Shown here: positions 52,971-54,205 of the stretch, piece after piece | Layout: every line of letters starts with the position of its first letter | Numbering within the stretch: the first letter of the stretch is position 1 | The notes under the pieces: model-generated | Seen by the model: the letters and a program-made list of their open reading frames with translations, nothing else | Database searches by the model: none | Told to the model about the DNA's origin: nothing | Position numbers and translations under genes: made by a program | Assembly (NCBI GenBank): GCA_018813685.1 | Contig: JAHJAV010000097.1 | Location: 1 to 54,205, forward strand | Source: Nanobdellota archaeon | GTDB taxonomy: Archaea; Nanobdellota; Nanobdellia; Woesearchaeales; JACPBV01 | Reading direction: 5' to 3' | Length of the DNA stretch: 54,205 nucleotides

Positions 52971-53951
52971 TTATTTTATCAAATCCAGATTATTATTGTA
53001 CCATTCAACAGTTTCTTTCAATCCTTCTTCTAGTGAATATTTTGGCTGCCAATCGAATGTTTTTTTTACTTTTTCAATGCTTAAGAACTGCCTGTCAATT
53101 TCGTTTTTTGCAGTACCTAGTATTTTTGGCTTAATGTCTTTTTTGCCCATTACTGAGGATATTGTTTTGAACAGATCTAATACGCTTATTGGCTTGCCTG
53201 TTCCGAAATTGAATGCCTGGCCTTTCAGACCTTTTTTATCTATGTTCTCTGCGAGAATGAGGTAACCGCTGACAGCGTCTTTTACATACATATAGTCTCT
53301 TTCTAAGGTTCCATCACTCCTTATCACAAACTGGCTGTTCTTAAGAATTGAGCATATCGCATCAGGTATTATCCTTGAGAAATTGAGGTCTGCTCCGCCA
53401 TATGTGTTTGCGTTTCTGGTGATTGCTACGGGAAGATTATAAGTTATAGCATAACTCTTTGTAAGTATGTCTGCGCATGCTTTTGATGCATCATATGGAT
53501 AATTTCCCAACAGAGGAGAATCTTCTTTGTAAGGGAGCTCTTTTTGCACCCCATATGCCTTATCGCTTGAAGCAACAACGACCCTTTTTACATTATTGTT
53601 TAATCTGCATGCTTCAAGAACATTCCATGTTCCTTTGATGTTTGATTCAAATGTTGAGATAGGGCTTTTGTTTGCTACACCGACCAATGCCTGGGCTGCC
53701 AAGTGAAAAACAGAATCAATCTCTTTTTCATTTATTATCCTTTCAACACATGGAAGGTCAATTATATCTCCCTGGATGATGTTTACCTTATCTTTTATCT
53801 TAAGAAGATCAAGGCTGCATACTCTTTTTATATCCCTGATTATAACAAATACGTTTGCTCCTTTATCAATCAGGGTTTTAGCCAGCCATGAGCCTATAAA
53901 ACCGTCTGCGCCTGTGACAAATACATTTTTGGATTGCCAAAATTCAGTCAT
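52971..53951 (-). CDS. rfbG: CDP-glucose 4,6-dehydratase-like extended SDR
   Basis: FWQSKNVFVTGADGFIGSWLAKTL N-terminus typical of RfbG. SSDKAYG, YDASKACADIL. Confidence 0.75.
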   Translation of the reverse strand: MTEFWQSKNVFVTGADGFIGSWLAKTLIDKGANVFVIIRDIKRVCSLDLLKIKDKVNIIQGDIIDLPCVERIINEKEIDSVFHLAAQALVGVANKSPISTFESNIKGTWNVLEACRLNNNVKRVVVASSDKAYGVQKELPYKEDSPLLGNYPYDASKACADILTKSYAITYNLPVAITRNANTYGGADLNFSRIIPDAICSILKNSQFVIRSDGTLERDYMYVKDAVSGYLILAENIDKKGLKGQAFNFGTGKPISVLDLFKTISSVMGKKDIKPKILGTAKNEIDRQFLSIEKVKKTFDWQPKYSLEEGLKETVEWYNNNLDLIK

Positions 53952-54029
53952 TTTAATACCCCCTTTCTATGATTTGAAAAACAACAATATTTATAAATAT
54001 ACCTATTTTTTTTATATCGGGGTGTTTCA

Positions 54030-54205
54030 ATGACAGATGTACTTTTTATAGTTCCTCCTTTCAGCTATAAGGAACTTGATGATGCAAGCTCAAGGTGTCC
54101 TAATCTAGGTGTTGCTATGCTTGCTGCTGTGTTGGAGCAGCATAAATATGATGTAAAGATACTTGATGTTTTTGCTCTTGACTTAAAGGATAATGAAGTT
54201 GTTGA
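54030..54205 (+). CDS. N-terminus of a fifth class B radical SAM enzyme (partial, runs off the window)
   Basis: MTDVLFIVPPFS...CPNLGVAMLAAVLEQHKYDVKILD matches the B12-domain N-termini of the other four paralogs. Confidence 0.55.
   Translation, partial: MTDVLFIVPPFSYKELDDASSRCPNLGVAMLAAVLEQHKYDVKILDVFALDLKDNEVV

Noticed and set aside
1-54205. CRISPR arrays, tRNA genes, transposase/integrase genes, prophage or known defence-system genes
   Set aside because: By eye I found no regularly spaced direct repeats, no cloverleaf-compatible intergenic segments, and no ORFs with recombinase, nuclease-helicase or toxin-antitoxin signatures. A tRNA or CRISPR scan would be needed to be certain.

Overview
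AT-rich sequence that reads as archaeal and is probably from a small, compact DPANN-like genome. The evidence is an archaeal-type 5S rRNA, a recurring BRE/TATA motif AAAG-N-TTTAWAWA about 25-30 nt upstream of many ATGs (leaderless mRNAs), GGTGA-type SD sites inside operons, a LAGLIDADG gene, and heavily overlapping genes.

The first ~4.3 kb is an rRNA-associated region. It holds a possible 23S 3' tail, a hairpin-rich spacer, a hypothetical ORF enclosed by a bipartite GC-rich inverted repeat, and a C-terminally truncated NFACT/RqcH-like gene. It also holds an E/K-rich protein gene, a 5S rRNA carrying a ~30-nt hairpin insertion in the loop C region, and a free-standing HTH-LAGLIDADG gene.

The remaining ~50 kb is one very large cell-surface glycan/lipid modification island. 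It encodes NDP-sugar enzymes (ugd, gmd, rmd-like, CDP-glucose dehydratase-like, an E1/ColD-type 3-dehydratase and two DegT-family genes). It also encodes many GT4/GT2/GT9 transferases, five GT-C-like membrane proteins, a Wzx-type flippase, methyltransferases and five class-B (B12-binding) radical SAM genes.

Two modules stand out:
- A tightly coupled Fom1/Fom2/FomC/Fom3-like phosphonate cassette (cytidylyltransferase-PEP mutase fusion, phosphonopyruvate decarboxylase, Fe-ADH, two B12-rSAMs). It lacks any antibiotic-finishing or AEP-forming enzyme and has three divergent CDP-alcohol phosphotransferases nearby. This suggests a CMP-activated hydroxyalkylphosphonate used for surface decoration.
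- A PAPS module (wHTH-fused pyruvate kinase, sat, cysC, PHP-type putative pAp phosphatase) with no recognisable sulfotransferase.

All functional calls come from motif recognition by eye. No database search was run.
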